DNA of 64,000 bases from Candidatus Multivoradales bacterium (GCA_965248925.1 CBDFLE010000005.1:2080001-2144000), one strand, 5' to 3'. Shown: positions 9,801 through 18,874, counted from the first letter of the stretch. A program made the numbers and translations. Notes: generated by a model from the sequence alone, not told the origin.

Positions 9801-11319
9801 GGGCAAAGCTGCGGCGTAACTCACGATCCGCCGGCCAAGGCACGGGGGGGAAACCCAGGGAGTAGGCGCTGATTTTCTGCCGCGACTCGCGCAGCTGGTG
9901 GGCAATCTCATCGCTGTTCAACAAGCCCCCGCCAAGGCCGATTTCGATCGGGTCGAGCAGACCAGCTAGCACTTTGGCGCGAGCCGGGATCTGTTGGGTC
10001 ACGTTCCACAGCAGCCACGACAAGGACAAGAGAGTCACCACCAGCAGAGAACGCAGCACCGTCACTAGGCGGCGGCGGCGACGAAGTGCCCGAGCGGTCG
10101 GCCGCGCCAGATTCCACTCATAGAGAATCTTGGCTCTAAACAAATCGTGCAGAAAGTCGACCCGCCGGTGGTCCTCGCCGGCCGTCTTCAGCCGCGGCGG
10201 CGCGGAGGTCTCATCGGGCGACTCGCTGCTCGATGGGGTCGGGAAACCGCGACCGCCGCAGAAGTACACCCCGCGCAGCACCGCCGGCTCTTCGGCGGAG
10301 CCGCCAGCAAAAATCTGGTTGAGGACGATGGCGAGAGGCTCTTGCAGCCGGCACAAGGCCGCTGGAAAGGCGGTCAGGCGGCGCTCGCCAGCAGTCGAGC
10401 GGCGCTCAGTAAGGGCGCGAAGTTGGGCCAGACAGAGCGCCCGCTGGGTGCTGCTGAAGACCCTGTCGACCCAGCTTGGCGAATAGGGTTTGTCGAATGC
10501 GCCCGGCGCCGACCAACCGAAGGTCTCGCGGCGCAGCTCGGGATCGAGCAACTCGACAAAGTCGCCATAGCCCTCAACCAGGTCGCATTGGCTCACCAGC
10601 ACGAACACTGGCAAACGTAGCCCCAAGGTCGCTTGGGCGTCGAGCAACTTGCGCCGTAGCACGCTGGCCCGCGCCGCGAGATTCTCCTGCGCCCAGGTGT
10701 CATCTGCCGCCACGCCGAGAAACTCGCGCGCCGAAAGAACTAACAGGATGCCATCGGCGGGATGCTCGGTGCGGTAGCGCTTGAGCAGTTGGAGAAAACC
10801 ACGCCAAGCTAGCTGGCTCGACTCAGTGCCCTCGGCGCGAAGCGTCAAGTCGCCGGCCAGATCGGCGGCGACGGCGCGGTCGAACAACCACCAATTGCAG
10901 CCCGATGGGGCCGTGTCGGGGATCTCGCCAGGCTCTCCCAGGGGCAGCACTAGGCCGCTCTGGCCAAGCAAGGTGGTCTTGCCTGAAGCCGTTGGCCCGA
11001 GGGTCAGCAGCCAGGGGGTGCGATAGCTCGATCGGGCGCCGGGCAGCATCTGCCGCAGCAGCTTGCGCACCTGCTTGAACGAACGCCGCAGAGGCGCGCT
11101 CTTGGTGCCCGAACGCCAATCGACCACCGTAGCGCTAGCGTCCTCTTGCAGCTCCTCCCAGCGCGACGAGGCATCGCCGGGGACCGCCCGCGCCACCCGG
11201 TTGGCACGGGCCAAGCGTCGACCGACTTCCAACGCCAGCAGCAGGAATGCGATCGCCAACCCACCGAGCAAGAATGGCAACATGCCCGCTGCATCGATCG
11301 TAGGTTCGAGATCGTTCAT
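6802..11319 (-). CDS. tssM: Type VI secretion membrane complex protein TssM/IcmF-like
   Basis: N-terminal TM; 'PWLLTLGPTASGKTTLL' P-loop; 'CNWWLFDRAV..D.AG'; 'W..FL.LLKRYR...P.DGILL'; 'LPVFVLVSQCDLVEGY'; 'LRGVYFCG'; second TM; long periplasmic region with 'GKYPF'. Confidence 0.88.
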   Translation of the reverse strand: MNDLEPTIDAAGMLPFLLGGLAIAFLLLALEVGRRLARANRVARAVPGDASSRWEELQEDASATVVDWRSGTKSAPLRRSFKQVRKLLRQMLPGARSSYRTPWLLTLGPTASGKTTLLGQSGLVLPLGEPGEIPDTAPSGCNWWLFDRAVAADLAGDLTLRAEGTESSQLAWRGFLQLLKRYRTEHPADGILLVLSAREFLGVAADDTWAQENLAARASVLRRKLLDAQATLGLRLPVFVLVSQCDLVEGYGDFVELLDPELRRETFGWSAPGAFDKPYSPSWVDRVFSSTQRALCLAQLRALTERRSTAGERRLTAFPAALCRLQEPLAIVLNQIFAGGSAEEPAVLRGVYFCGGRGFPTPSSSESPDETSAPPRLKTAGEDHRRVDFLHDLFRAKILYEWNLARPTARALRRRRRLVTVLRSLLVVTLLSLSWLLWNVTQQIPARAKVLAGLLDPIEIGLGGGLLNSDEIAHQLRESRQKISAYSLGFPPVPWPADRELRRSFAQLYSKNTFPAARRALGNGLDQLATKPTRQLSPQVPVLGVETVPEFTLLEQLSAKLGRVENSLRIYDCFVPQGLLCGSPGGIYRLEQDLYGERFEPPNAITQQFVRRVLRQVKVDEYQVEEYAPKLQAKTRQLSRWMFDTLFEHNALVLALDKLDKEINQVTIAAPSGSAVAWTAADAGSGILASSLDGGAGGLSGAGFLGAVGGSGAAGSGAQIDPEALANAAARLLFWIETVDLSLEDVGLNWVHGKSLDLGLQYDRWWRAMGKSRFLGVDMRRELATLGNEGFTTLQSALVAPRSDIGPLLERSPDSGRFVLSAPLQQLRRSLQEFLSQPFSGKQGGGRLLLAGDDEYLSWRADSLRRAVGAFSEYDSSIKALDDDPQGVEVMHSQTALTELANYVLSILEFGQEILRQPALDSNDQLADHLERIATAFLANSDDLVLLQVRLQETLPDPVTCKNCLWQPESAWCQLKKVVEYQREYIFQMMKRMLDAYYPYRVDAGLLASWDGSTGPARTLFSFADTDAAASNFTTWLALVQKLDETYTQALLGAKSSSNCFNHDQNQRRFQLIQSDLQDLANDKPNSAAASLRELVTQTMMTVDGSSCLAALEPRKCFSLATPVSLRNLPCDYFLSRGGDLTDALEQRCSRLGVELARSSYASIRQAFSGGLEGKYPFTADFKTGQSQASRKDVVSFLKIYDDHRAAVDSFLRRAASQPQRGFDFKKLSDCLNSAAPAAACGGSLGTAVSSTATAASAEVSLARLCSCLSTAAKPLRGAKGLLGLCDFMASLATLRDFFDPYLLALVKGPQSALSFPLEVDYRMQRQQREVDANQIIRWAVEVNGQKVPDGSQEVPTEWVQGQPVKLLLGWAQDAPREPYDQPGGPPVVGKTVTFDYQNNWALLTLLGSHQSPTPGICPDILELFIPTIKVGAEPSTQTVAKRQWHWPWNKPSPPPTPPPPRPDREARVFIRVRLLGSDGQAVRVPLPETLQPADFPVEVSLGTW

Positions 11320-12038
11320 CCGGTGTAGTGCTCCCGAATCGCGGCGATGGCTTCAAAGACGTCAGAGATACCGCCCCACCACAGCGGCAAAGTGGTCATC
11401 AGCAGCAAAAACAGCGCAACCCCAAGCGCGATCCACCAGGGACGGGCATTGGCGATCGACTGCGCCCGGCCGCGCAGCTGCTGACGCCGATAGGCAGCCG
11501 GAAAGAGATGCTCAGGCTCAGCCTGGAGCTGCGGAAACTGAGCGCTCAACACCAGCAGCAAACGCGACGCCGAATCCTCCTCCGCTTCTACTCCGCTGAC
11601 CAACGCTAGCAAGTAGAGCTGCACCAGATCGGCACTCGGCTGGTCTTCTTCGAGCAACTCGTCGATCTGCGCGGCGAACTCCGCGGCGACGCCATCGGCC
11701 GGCGGATAGGATTCGCGCAGCGGCGGCCAAACGCTGTCACCGTCCCACGGCAGCGGATCGAGAACCGCATCGACGGTGCGGGCCATGAGGTGTTGCGCCT
11801 GCTGGAAGAGGACCGTCTCGGGATCGTAGCCGGCTGGCCGCGCATCGATTTTCTGCCGTGCCAGCGCCGCTTCCAACTCGTCTTTCACCGCCGCCGGCAG
11901 GGTGCGCTGCGGGTCCTCGCCACGAGTGATCGCCGCCCTCTCGGCAGCCAGACGCCGCTCGGTTTCGAGACTGAGATCGAGCAGGCGGCGAAAGGCAAGC
12001 TGGAGAAATGAGTCGGCTGCCGGCGGCTTCATCCCCAA
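11316..12038 (-). CDS. tssL: TssL/DotU-like inner-membrane protein (divergent)
   Basis: Helical cytoplasmic domain ('AQHLMARTVD..L....W', 'LYLLALVSG'), 'LFPAAY', single C-terminal TM; 4-bp overlap with tssM; start at 12038 (TTG) or 12032 (ATG). Confidence 0.65.
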   Translation of the reverse strand: MGMKPPAADSFLQLAFRRLLDLSLETERRLAAERAAITRGEDPQRTLPAAVKDELEAALARQKIDARPAGYDPETVLFQQAQHLMARTVDAVLDPLPWDGDSVWPPLRESYPPADGVAAEFAAQIDELLEEDQPSADLVQLYLLALVSGVEAEEDSASRLLLVLSAQFPQLQAEPEHLFPAAYRRQQLRGRAQSIANARPWWIALGVALFLLLMTTLPLWWGGISDVFEAIAAIREHYTG

Positions 12039-12092
12039 TACTCCGAATGTCCGGCCCGGACTTGAAGACTTCGCACGAGTTTCAACAAACTC

Positions 12093-12572
12093 CTAACGCA
12101 GCACGGTAGTAAATTTTGCTTCGCCGAGTTGCAGCAGCAAGCTGCGATTCGGTGCGAAGCGGCGGCGATGGTCCCCTTCAGCCTCGTAGGCAGCGAAGAG
12201 AAAAGCCGCAACGGCACCGCGGCGATAGCCGAAACGCTGCTCTGGCACCGCCTGACCCGGAGTCCACTCCCAGCTCTTGAAGGTCAGCAGCTGGGAATCC
12301 TCGCTCAACTGTGCCCGCTTGCTGAACCACTGCACCGAGGTGTAGCCGCTCAACGATTTGTCGAGATCCTCGTCATAGACGATCACTAGGTCGACCGCCA
12401 CCGGCGCGTCGCCATTGAGCTGATCGTCGACCTCCACGCCGAGGAAGCTATAGCCACCGAGGATCTGACCACCCCCCAGGGGCAAGGCGCCCTTGACTAA
12501 GCTACAGCCGGCCAGCAGCGAGCCCAGCAGCACCAGTCCGGCTGCCAGACTTGGTCGCGCGAACCCGCTCAT
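12093..12572 (-). CDS. tssJ: TssJ-like type VI secretion lipoprotein
   Basis: Lipobox LLAGC; 'NGDAPVAVDLVIVYD', 'WF..R.QL', 'WEWTPGQ', 'FLFAAY...G.HR'; position upstream of tssL-tssM. Confidence 0.7.
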   Translation of the reverse strand: MSGFARPSLAAGLVLLGSLLAGCSLVKGALPLGGGQILGGYSFLGVEVDDQLNGDAPVAVDLVIVYDEDLDKSLSGYTSVQWFSKRAQLSEDSQLLTFKSWEWTPGQAVPEQRFGYRRGAVAAFLFAAYEAEGDHRRRFAPNRSLLLQLGEAKFTTVLR

Positions 12573-14884
12573 GGCGGTGGCCCCCCTTGGCAGGCCGAGT
12601 TGGTGGGTTGCAGAGTGAAGGCATTCGGCAACGTGTCGGTACAGCCGGTGTCGAGGTGCAGCACGCGGACATCGACACTGGTCGGCAACAGCTGAAATCC
12701 GTCCGTGTCGCTATCGATGGCGCAAGTGACCTGAGCCAAGAAGGTATCGTCGACCGCGGGAGTCAACACCTGAATCTGGCCGCTGTTGACGCTGACCACC
12801 TGGGCTGCCGCCTCTTGAGCGCCAGAGAGGAAAGTCACCCGCGCCGGTGTGACAAAGGAACTGCCACTCACCAACAGCAACAGATTCCCGATCTGCGCAC
12901 CGCTACTCGGTGAGACGCTAGTCAATAGCGGCAGCTCAACGGTGTAGCTGAAGGTCAGATCGCCGGTGCCCGAATCACCGCTATTGATATTGGTGACCTT
13001 GAGCCCTTGCTGAGGCAGGCGCCCATCGTCGGGACAGGCGCCAACCGCCACTCCGACCGTAGTGAAACTGATTTCTATGCTGTTTTTGAAAACCTCGCCG
13101 CTTTGGCGGATGCCACCCAGCTCGACCGTCACCGGGTCGGTGAAACCGCTGCCCAGCACCTTGATAGTGCTACCGCCGGTGTAAACGCCCTGACTGGGAA
13201 CGATGGCGCTGACCACCACTGGATCGGCCGGTGCTTCCGCCTGATAGGTGTAACCACCCGCCAGGGTCACCGCTTGCTCCCCCGCGGCAGGGAAAATGGT
13301 CACCGCCACATCCACCGCTCGCAACTCCCCTAGCATCAGAGCGGGTGCCGGCTGCGGCACCGTCACAGTGATCTTGGTCGAGTTGACGAAGGTCGGTGAA
13401 ACTCCAGCAATACCACCAAAATCCACTCGCAGCGGGCTCTCGAAGCCACTGCCGACGATGCTGACTTGCTCGCCGCCATTGGCATCGCCGACGCTCGGCT
13501 GCACCTCCTGGATACCGAGTACGCTGTCGGGCACGTAGCGGAAAGCGCCGGGCAGCACGGTAGATCGCGGCTCAGCGTCGTCCAGCGCGTTGACCAGGGT
13601 CACATCGACCACCGAGGCGGCGCTGGGATCGGTCGCGGGCGGCGTCACCACGGTAACTCTGCCAGTCGATTCTACTTTTGCCGACAACCCGACCTGATCA
13701 CCGAACTGCACCCTGACCGGCGCCTCGAAGCCGCCGCCGCTCAAAGTCACTTTGTTGCCACCGTCGACGGTGCCGGACGGAGGATCGATAGCACTCAGAA
13801 ACAGCGCCGGCACCGCATCCGGGGTATAGGTAAAGGCGCCAGCCAAGGTCACCGACGGCGGCGCGGCCTGGTCGAGAGCGTTGACCAGGGTCACATCGAC
13901 GGTCTCGACCGCGGTCGGATCCATCGCACCGGGAGTGGTGACCCTGATCACGCTGGCCGACTCGACCACCGCGTTCTGCCCCGCGCGACCGCCGAAATCG
14001 ACCTGGATCGGCGCTGCGAACCCCCCCCCATGCAAGATCACCCGATCGCCCCCGGCAACATTGCCAGCGGCTGGCGTGACCTCGAGCAAAAACAGCGGCG
14101 GCGGCGCTTCCGGCGAGTAGGTAAAGCCGCCAGCCAAGGTCGTCGTCCGCGGATTCGGCCGATCCAAGGCGGTGGTGATGAATACATCCACCGCCAGCGT
14201 CTCCCCCGTCGCCACCGGAGTTACCGAGGCCGGCGTCTCGACCACCAAAGCGGTTTCCGAACTCACCTCGACCACCGTCGCCTCGACACTACCGAAACGC
14301 ACTTGCAGCGGCTGGCGGAAGCCCTCGCCTTGGATCATCACTTGGTCGCCGCCCTCCGGCACTCCACTGGCCGGCACCAGCGCCGCAATCGCCAGGGTGG
14401 TCTCGACCACCTCGATCGCCAGCTGGCCGACCGCGCCGCCCACCTGGGCCAGCACGGTGGCGGTACCGAGGTCCGTACCGGGCAGCAGATTGACCGACGC
14501 CACGCCCGAGACTAGCTCTAAGTTGACCAGCTGCACCGCGTTGCCTTGGGCATCGGCACCGAAGTTTCCCAGGTTGGTGTTGATCGTCACCATGGTGCCA
14601 TCTGGTGGCGGCTGCTGATCACTGGTCTGGCTAACCGTCACCGAAATCGCACTGAACTCCGTCGAACCGGCCTCCAGGCGGGTCGGATCAGCGGCCAGGG
14701 TGACGGTGACGCTCTGCGTACCGCCACCACCACCGCCGCCATTGGTGGGTGCTTTCGGCGCCACTGGATTGCTGGAATCACAAGCCAGCCAGGCAGCCAC
14801 CAGGGTGATAGCCGGCAACCAGAGCCAGCGCCGCCAGCGCGGCCGCTGACGGCCGGCATCGAAGCTACGGGCTGACTCGCTCAT
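12569..14884 (-). CDS. Lipoprotein with a Big/Ig-like domain and about 5 IPT/TIG repeats
   Basis: Lipobox 'AAWLAC'; repeats of 'P.SG...GG..V.I.G.GF..P..V.FG.......V.S...I.V.TP...GGFTY'; 4-bp overlaps with both neighbours. Confidence 0.88.
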   Translation of the reverse strand: MSESARSFDAGRQRPRWRRWLWLPAITLVAAWLACDSSNPVAPKAPTNGGGGGGGTQSVTVTLAADPTRLEAGSTEFSAISVTVSQTSDQQPPPDGTMVTINTNLGNFGADAQGNAVQLVNLELVSGVASVNLLPGTDLGTATVLAQVGGAVGQLAIEVVETTLAIAALVPASGVPEGGDQVMIQGEGFRQPLQVRFGSVEATVVEVSSETALVVETPASVTPVATGETLAVDVFITTALDRPNPRTTTLAGGFTYSPEAPPPLFLLEVTPAAGNVAGGDRVILHGGGFAAPIQVDFGGRAGQNAVVESASVIRVTTPGAMDPTAVETVDVTLVNALDQAAPPSVTLAGAFTYTPDAVPALFLSAIDPPSGTVDGGNKVTLSGGGFEAPVRVQFGDQVGLSAKVESTGRVTVVTPPATDPSAASVVDVTLVNALDDAEPRSTVLPGAFRYVPDSVLGIQEVQPSVGDANGGEQVSIVGSGFESPLRVDFGGIAGVSPTFVNSTKITVTVPQPAPALMLGELRAVDVAVTIFPAAGEQAVTLAGGYTYQAEAPADPVVVSAIVPSQGVYTGGSTIKVLGSGFTDPVTVELGGIRQSGEVFKNSIEISFTTVGVAVGACPDDGRLPQQGLKVTNINSGDSGTGDLTFSYTVELPLLTSVSPSSGAQIGNLLLLVSGSSFVTPARVTFLSGAQEAAAQVVSVNSGQIQVLTPAVDDTFLAQVTCAIDSDTDGFQLLPTSVDVRVLHLDTGCTDTLPNAFTLQPTNSACQGGPPP

Positions 14885-16227
14885 TGAAACACCGACACTC
14901 CCAGAGACCAGGCAGTGTTGCGGTAGTTGCCATTGAAATCATCGACGTTCGAAGTCACCTGACGCTCGGCGAACTCGATCCACTGCAAGGCCACCCGCAA
15001 CCAATCGCGGCTGTAACCGACGCTCAACACGGTGCGGTCGGCATCGACAAACAGGGGGCCAACAGTCGAATCCGGCTGTGGGCTTTCATCGATGGCGAAG
15101 CCACCAAACAGAGACGAACCATTGGGACGCCCATACTGAAAGCCAAGGCGGTAAGTCATGGTGTCTTCGAAAAACTCCATGTAAGTGCGAGTCAACTCGG
15201 GCGCCGATGGCGAGTCGATAACCAGCCGATCAAAGCTGCTCCAGCCGGTGCGGCTAACATCGACCTCCAACACCGCCTTGCCAAGGCTGGCCGCCAAACC
15301 AACGGTGAGCACCTCGGGAAAAGTAATGCTCGAAGCAATCCCCAACTCCTGGCCAAAAGGCAGCGAGGCGGCGTTGAGTTCGTCGAGCTGGTCATTACCG
15401 GTCGAGATCTGCGTCAAGCGGCCGACGCCGGCATATTGCACTTCGATCTCACTGCGATACGAGGCCCCCCAGGAGATGCTGCGAAGACGCTGCTGAATGC
15501 CCAGACTCCAACCGAAAGCGCCTTCGAAGTCGCTCTCCGCTTGCCAATTGGCAATGTCCTGCACCTGGCCGGTGAAAGGGTTCTCCCCCGGCAGCCGGCG
15601 GCTCACCGACAGATCCGAGACGCGGTAGATCAAGCCAGCACCGATGCCCAAGCCATCACTCAGCCGATAAGCCAGGGTGGGATGCAGGTCATAGGTCCGC
15701 AGATCGCTCTCGGTCGCCAGGTAGCGACCGGCGAAGTTGTCTGGATCGCTCCACTCGGTGCTCATCCAATAGGGCGAGTAGATACCCAAACCCGCCACCA
15801 GCCGCTGGCTCAGCGGTCGCGACAAATAGGCATGAGCCGGCAGGTCGACACCGGTTTCTTGCTCGGCGACGGCGCCGACACCGATGCCCGGTCCCTGGCC
15901 CTGGTAGAGTGACTCGGAGAGCACCGAGGCGGTGGCGCCGACCAGCACATTGGCTTTGGCGAAAGCCAGCCCGCCAGGGTTGTAATAGATCGCCGACGGA
16001 TCGCCGACCCGAGCCGCCCGAGCGCCGCCCATGGCGGTGGCTTGCGGATCTTGGTCGGTCACCGCGAAGCCGGCCGCAAGGCTCGGCGACGCCGCGAAGA
16101 GTAGCCAGATGAGCACTCCCACCAGCAGTCGAAGGTCGGGCAGAGCTACCGCCCGACCCGCAGAAAGCTGGTTTATACTCAGCCGATAACCGCTTGAACT
16201 TGACCGAGAGCTTTGAAACGCCGTCAT
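14881..16227 (-). CDS. OmpP1/FadL-family outer-membrane beta-barrel
   Basis: Signal peptide then 'AGF.....A.AMGGA..A...DPSAIYYNPGGLAF', 'GLGIYSPY', terminal aromatic residue (VSVFQ). The true start is probably downstream of 16227 because this start overlaps the divergent gene. Confidence 0.9.
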   Translation of the reverse strand: MTAFQSSRSSSSGYRLSINQLSAGRAVALPDLRLLVGVLIWLLFAASPSLAAGFAVTDQDPQATAMGGARAARVGDPSAIYYNPGGLAFAKANVLVGATASVLSESLYQGQGPGIGVGAVAEQETGVDLPAHAYLSRPLSQRLVAGLGIYSPYWMSTEWSDPDNFAGRYLATESDLRTYDLHPTLAYRLSDGLGIGAGLIYRVSDLSVSRRLPGENPFTGQVQDIANWQAESDFEGAFGWSLGIQQRLRSISWGASYRSEIEVQYAGVGRLTQISTGNDQLDELNAASLPFGQELGIASSITFPEVLTVGLAASLGKAVLEVDVSRTGWSSFDRLVIDSPSAPELTRTYMEFFEDTMTYRLGFQYGRPNGSSLFGGFAIDESPQPDSTVGPLFVDADRTVLSVGYSRDWLRVALQWIEFAERQVTSNVDDFNGNYRNTAWSLGVSVFQ

Positions 16228-17292
16228 CTAGAACTCCTCGCTCCGCTGTGTCCGGTCTGCCTGTCCCGCGGCGAGGCGGCGGCGCCGCTGCGAGTCGCCA
16301 GCGTCGATCACGAAAGCGACGACGACATCCTGCAGGGAGTGCTGCGCTGCGCCAACGGGGATTGTCAACGCGAGTTTCCGATCCTCGACGGTATCCCACT
16401 GATCATCGCCGACCTGCGCCGCTACGTCAGCGAGCAGCTGCTGTCGATCAATGCCCGCCAAGACCTGTCGGCCGATCTCGAAAGCGTGCTCGGCGACTGC
16501 TGCGGGCCAGGTTCGGCCTACGACGTGCTGCGCCAGCAAATCAGCGCCTACGGCTTCGATCACTATGGCGACCTCGATCCGCGGCGTGACGAGAACGATC
16601 GTCCCGGCGCGGTCGTCGAACTGCTCAAACGCTGCCTGGCGCTGGTCGACAAGCCGCCCGCGGGGCCAGTGATCGACCTAGGCTGCTCGGTTGGCCGCAC
16701 CACCTTCGAACTCGCTGAGCGGCTCGACCGGCCGGTGCTGGGCATCGATCTCAACTTCGCCATGTTGCGTCTCGCTTCGCGGGTTTTGCGCCACGGCCAG
16801 GTGCGTTATCCACTGCGCCACCTTGGCCTGGTTTATGACCTTCGCGAATTCTCGGCCTCTTTCGCCCATGCCAAGAACGTCGACTTCTGGGCTTGCGACC
16901 TGATCGCACCCCCCTTCCGCGACGATCTCTTCGCCGCCGCCAGCAGCCTCAACGTGCTCGACTGCGTGGCGGCGCCGCAACAGGCTCTAAGTTCGTTGGC
17001 GCGGATTCTGGCTCCCGGCGGCCTGACCTGGATCGCCTCACCCTTCGATTGGTCGCCCTCGGCCACTGCCTTCGGGCAATGGCTCGGTGGCCACTCACAA
17101 CGCGGCGAAAGCGGCGGTGCCAGCGAAATCGTACTGCGCGACCTGCTCACTCCGGGTGCCCACCCAGCAGCCACTCCAGGTCTGCGAATCGTCGCCGAAG
17201 AAGCCTCGTTGCCGTGGCGAGTGCGCAGCCATGCCCGCAGTACCGTTGAGTACCGAGTGCATTTATTGATTGCGCAGGCCATCGCTAGCTAA
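16213..17292 (+). CDS. Class I SAM-dependent methyltransferase with N-terminal Trm112-like Zn-ribbon
   Basis: 'LCPVC...GVLRC...CQREFPILDGIPLI' (Trm112-like); 'VIDLGCSVGRTTFELA' motif I; 'LNVLDCV', 'LAPGG'. Confidence 0.82.
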   Translation: MKRRHLELLAPLCPVCLSRGEAAAPLRVASVDHESDDDILQGVLRCANGDCQREFPILDGIPLIIADLRRYVSEQLLSINARQDLSADLESVLGDCCGPGSAYDVLRQQISAYGFDHYGDLDPRRDENDRPGAVVELLKRCLALVDKPPAGPVIDLGCSVGRTTFELAERLDRPVLGIDLNFAMLRLASRVLRHGQVRYPLRHLGLVYDLREFSASFAHAKNVDFWACDLIAPPFRDDLFAAASSLNVLDCVAAPQQALSSLARILAPGGLTWIASPFDWSPSATAFGQWLGGHSQRGESGGASEIVLRDLLTPGAHPAATPGLRIVAEEASLPWRVRSHARSTVEYRVHLLIAQAIAS

Positions 17293-17436
17293 GCTCCCAC
17301 TCAACCGAGATCTTCGCGCCCGCCCTGAACCTCATGGATTTCGGTATGGCAATCTTACAAGATCGGCCTAAGTAAAACCACCAGGGAGATAGCGTAGCGA
17401 CAATTCTGGCCGTGACTTAGCCCCTTCTCTGGGGGC

Positions 17437-17477
17437 AAAAGCAAAAGCCGGCGATGGGCCTCTGCCCATGCCGGCTT
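17437..17477 (-). terminator. Rho-independent terminator downstream of the helicase
   Basis: Minus strand: AAGCCGGCATGGGC-AGAG-GCCCATCGCCGGCTT hairpin followed by TTGCTTTT. Confidence 0.75.
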
Positions 17478-17500
17478 CTACTCAACGGTGAACTGACGGA

Positions 17501-18874
17501 CTAGCCGCGAGCGGCCTGTGCTGCCGGCCGCGAACGGCGACGGCGGCGGCGGCGCGGGGCATTGCCATCGGGATGCGACTGACGCTCTCCCTGCGGCCGA
17601 CCCGAGTTGCCATGGTTGCCAGCCCCCCGTCCTTGACCTTGGCCTTTGCGATCGGCCTTGGCCCGGGCCCGAGAGCGCTCGTCAGAGCGCCGGGAACGGA
17701 TCGCGGCGATGCGCTGACCGATAGGGATTTCGAGCTTCTCCCCCGGCGCGGCGTCGTAGTTGAAGCCATCGAGCTTGCGCCGTGGCAAGCGATTGCCCAC
17801 AGCGCGCTCGATCGCCCCCAAGTCCGACGCCTCCTGGGGCGAAGCAAAGGTGTAGGCCTCGCCAGCGGCGCCAGCGCGAGCGGTGCGACCCACCCGGTGG
17901 ATGTAGTCCTCCGGCATATGCGGCACGTCGAAGTTGACCACATGCGACAGGGCCTCGACATCGATGCCGCGAGCGGCGATATCGGTGGCTACCAGCACCC
18001 GGGTAGAGCCGCTCTTGAAGTCAGCCAACGCCTTGGTGCGCTGGTTCTGGCTCCGATTGCCATGGATGCGGTCCGCCGGCACTCCATGCTTCTCCAAGAA
18101 CATGGCCAAGCGATTAGCGCGGTGCTTGGTGCGGGTGAAGACCAGCACATTCTTGATCTCGTCGGTTTGCAGCATCATCACCAGCAGCCGTGACTTGAGA
18201 TCCTGACGCACCGGGAAGATCACCTGCTCGACTTTGTCCGCCGGCTCCGAACGACGCTCGACATTGATGCGCTTCGGCTGCCGCAGCAGCTGTCGCGACA
18301 AGTCGGCGATCGGCCGTGGCATGGTGGCTGAGAAGAGCATGATTTGCCGTGGCTCGGGCAGGTGCTTCAGCACCCGGCGAATATCGGGCAAGAAGCCCAT
18401 GTCGAGCATCCGGTCGGCCTCGTCAAGCACCAACACTTCGAGGCCGTTAAGCTTGGCGTAGTCATATTGGAAATGGTCGAGCAAGCGCCCTGGGCAGGCG
18501 ACGATCAGGTCGACGCCACGGCGAAAAGCCGTCGCTTGCGGAACCATGCCGACACCGCCAAAGACCGCCGCGGCGCGCAGCCGGGTAAAGCGGGCCAGGC
18601 CGTTGAAATCCTCGACAATCTGCGCCGCCAGCTCACGGGTCGGAGCGATCACCAGGGCCCGCGTGGTACCCGGCTGCTTGCCACGCAAGCGCTCGAGGAT
18701 AGGAAGTAAGAAGGCGGCGGTCTTGCCGCTACCGGTCATCGCGCAGGCCAGCAAATCGTCGCCAGCGAGCCCCGGGGGGATCGAGTCGCGTTGAATCGGG
18801 GTGGGTTCAGTAAAGCCAAGCTCGGCAATGCCGCGCTCGATCTCGGGATGGAGTTTAAAGCTCGAAAAGCTCAT
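17501..18874 (-). CDS. DEAD-box RNA helicase (RhlE-like)
   Basis: Q motif 'GFTEPTPIQ', 'TGSGKT', 'PTRELA', 'LDEADRMLDMGF', 'SAT', 'YIHRVGRTARAG'; basic C-terminal tail. Confidence 0.96.
   Translation of the reverse strand: MSFSSFKLHPEIERGIAELGFTEPTPIQRDSIPPGLAGDDLLACAMTGSGKTAAFLLPILERLRGKQPGTTRALVIAPTRELAAQIVEDFNGLARFTRLRAAAVFGGVGMVPQATAFRRGVDLIVACPGRLLDHFQYDYAKLNGLEVLVLDEADRMLDMGFLPDIRRVLKHLPEPRQIMLFSATMPRPIADLSRQLLRQPKRINVERRSEPADKVEQVIFPVRQDLKSRLLVMMLQTDEIKNVLVFTRTKHRANRLAMFLEKHGVPADRIHGNRSQNQRTKALADFKSGSTRVLVATDIAARGIDVEALSHVVNFDVPHMPEDYIHRVGRTARAGAAGEAYTFASPQEASDLGAIERAVGNRLPRRKLDGFNYDAAPGEKLEIPIGQRIAAIRSRRSDERSRARAKADRKGQGQGRGAGNHGNSGRPQGERQSHPDGNAPRRRRRRRSRPAAQAARG

Noticed and set aside
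13466-15912. Long plus-strand ORFs (349 aa and 342 aa)
   Set aside because: Antisense shadows of the IPT/TIG and FadL genes in high-GC DNA, with no motifs
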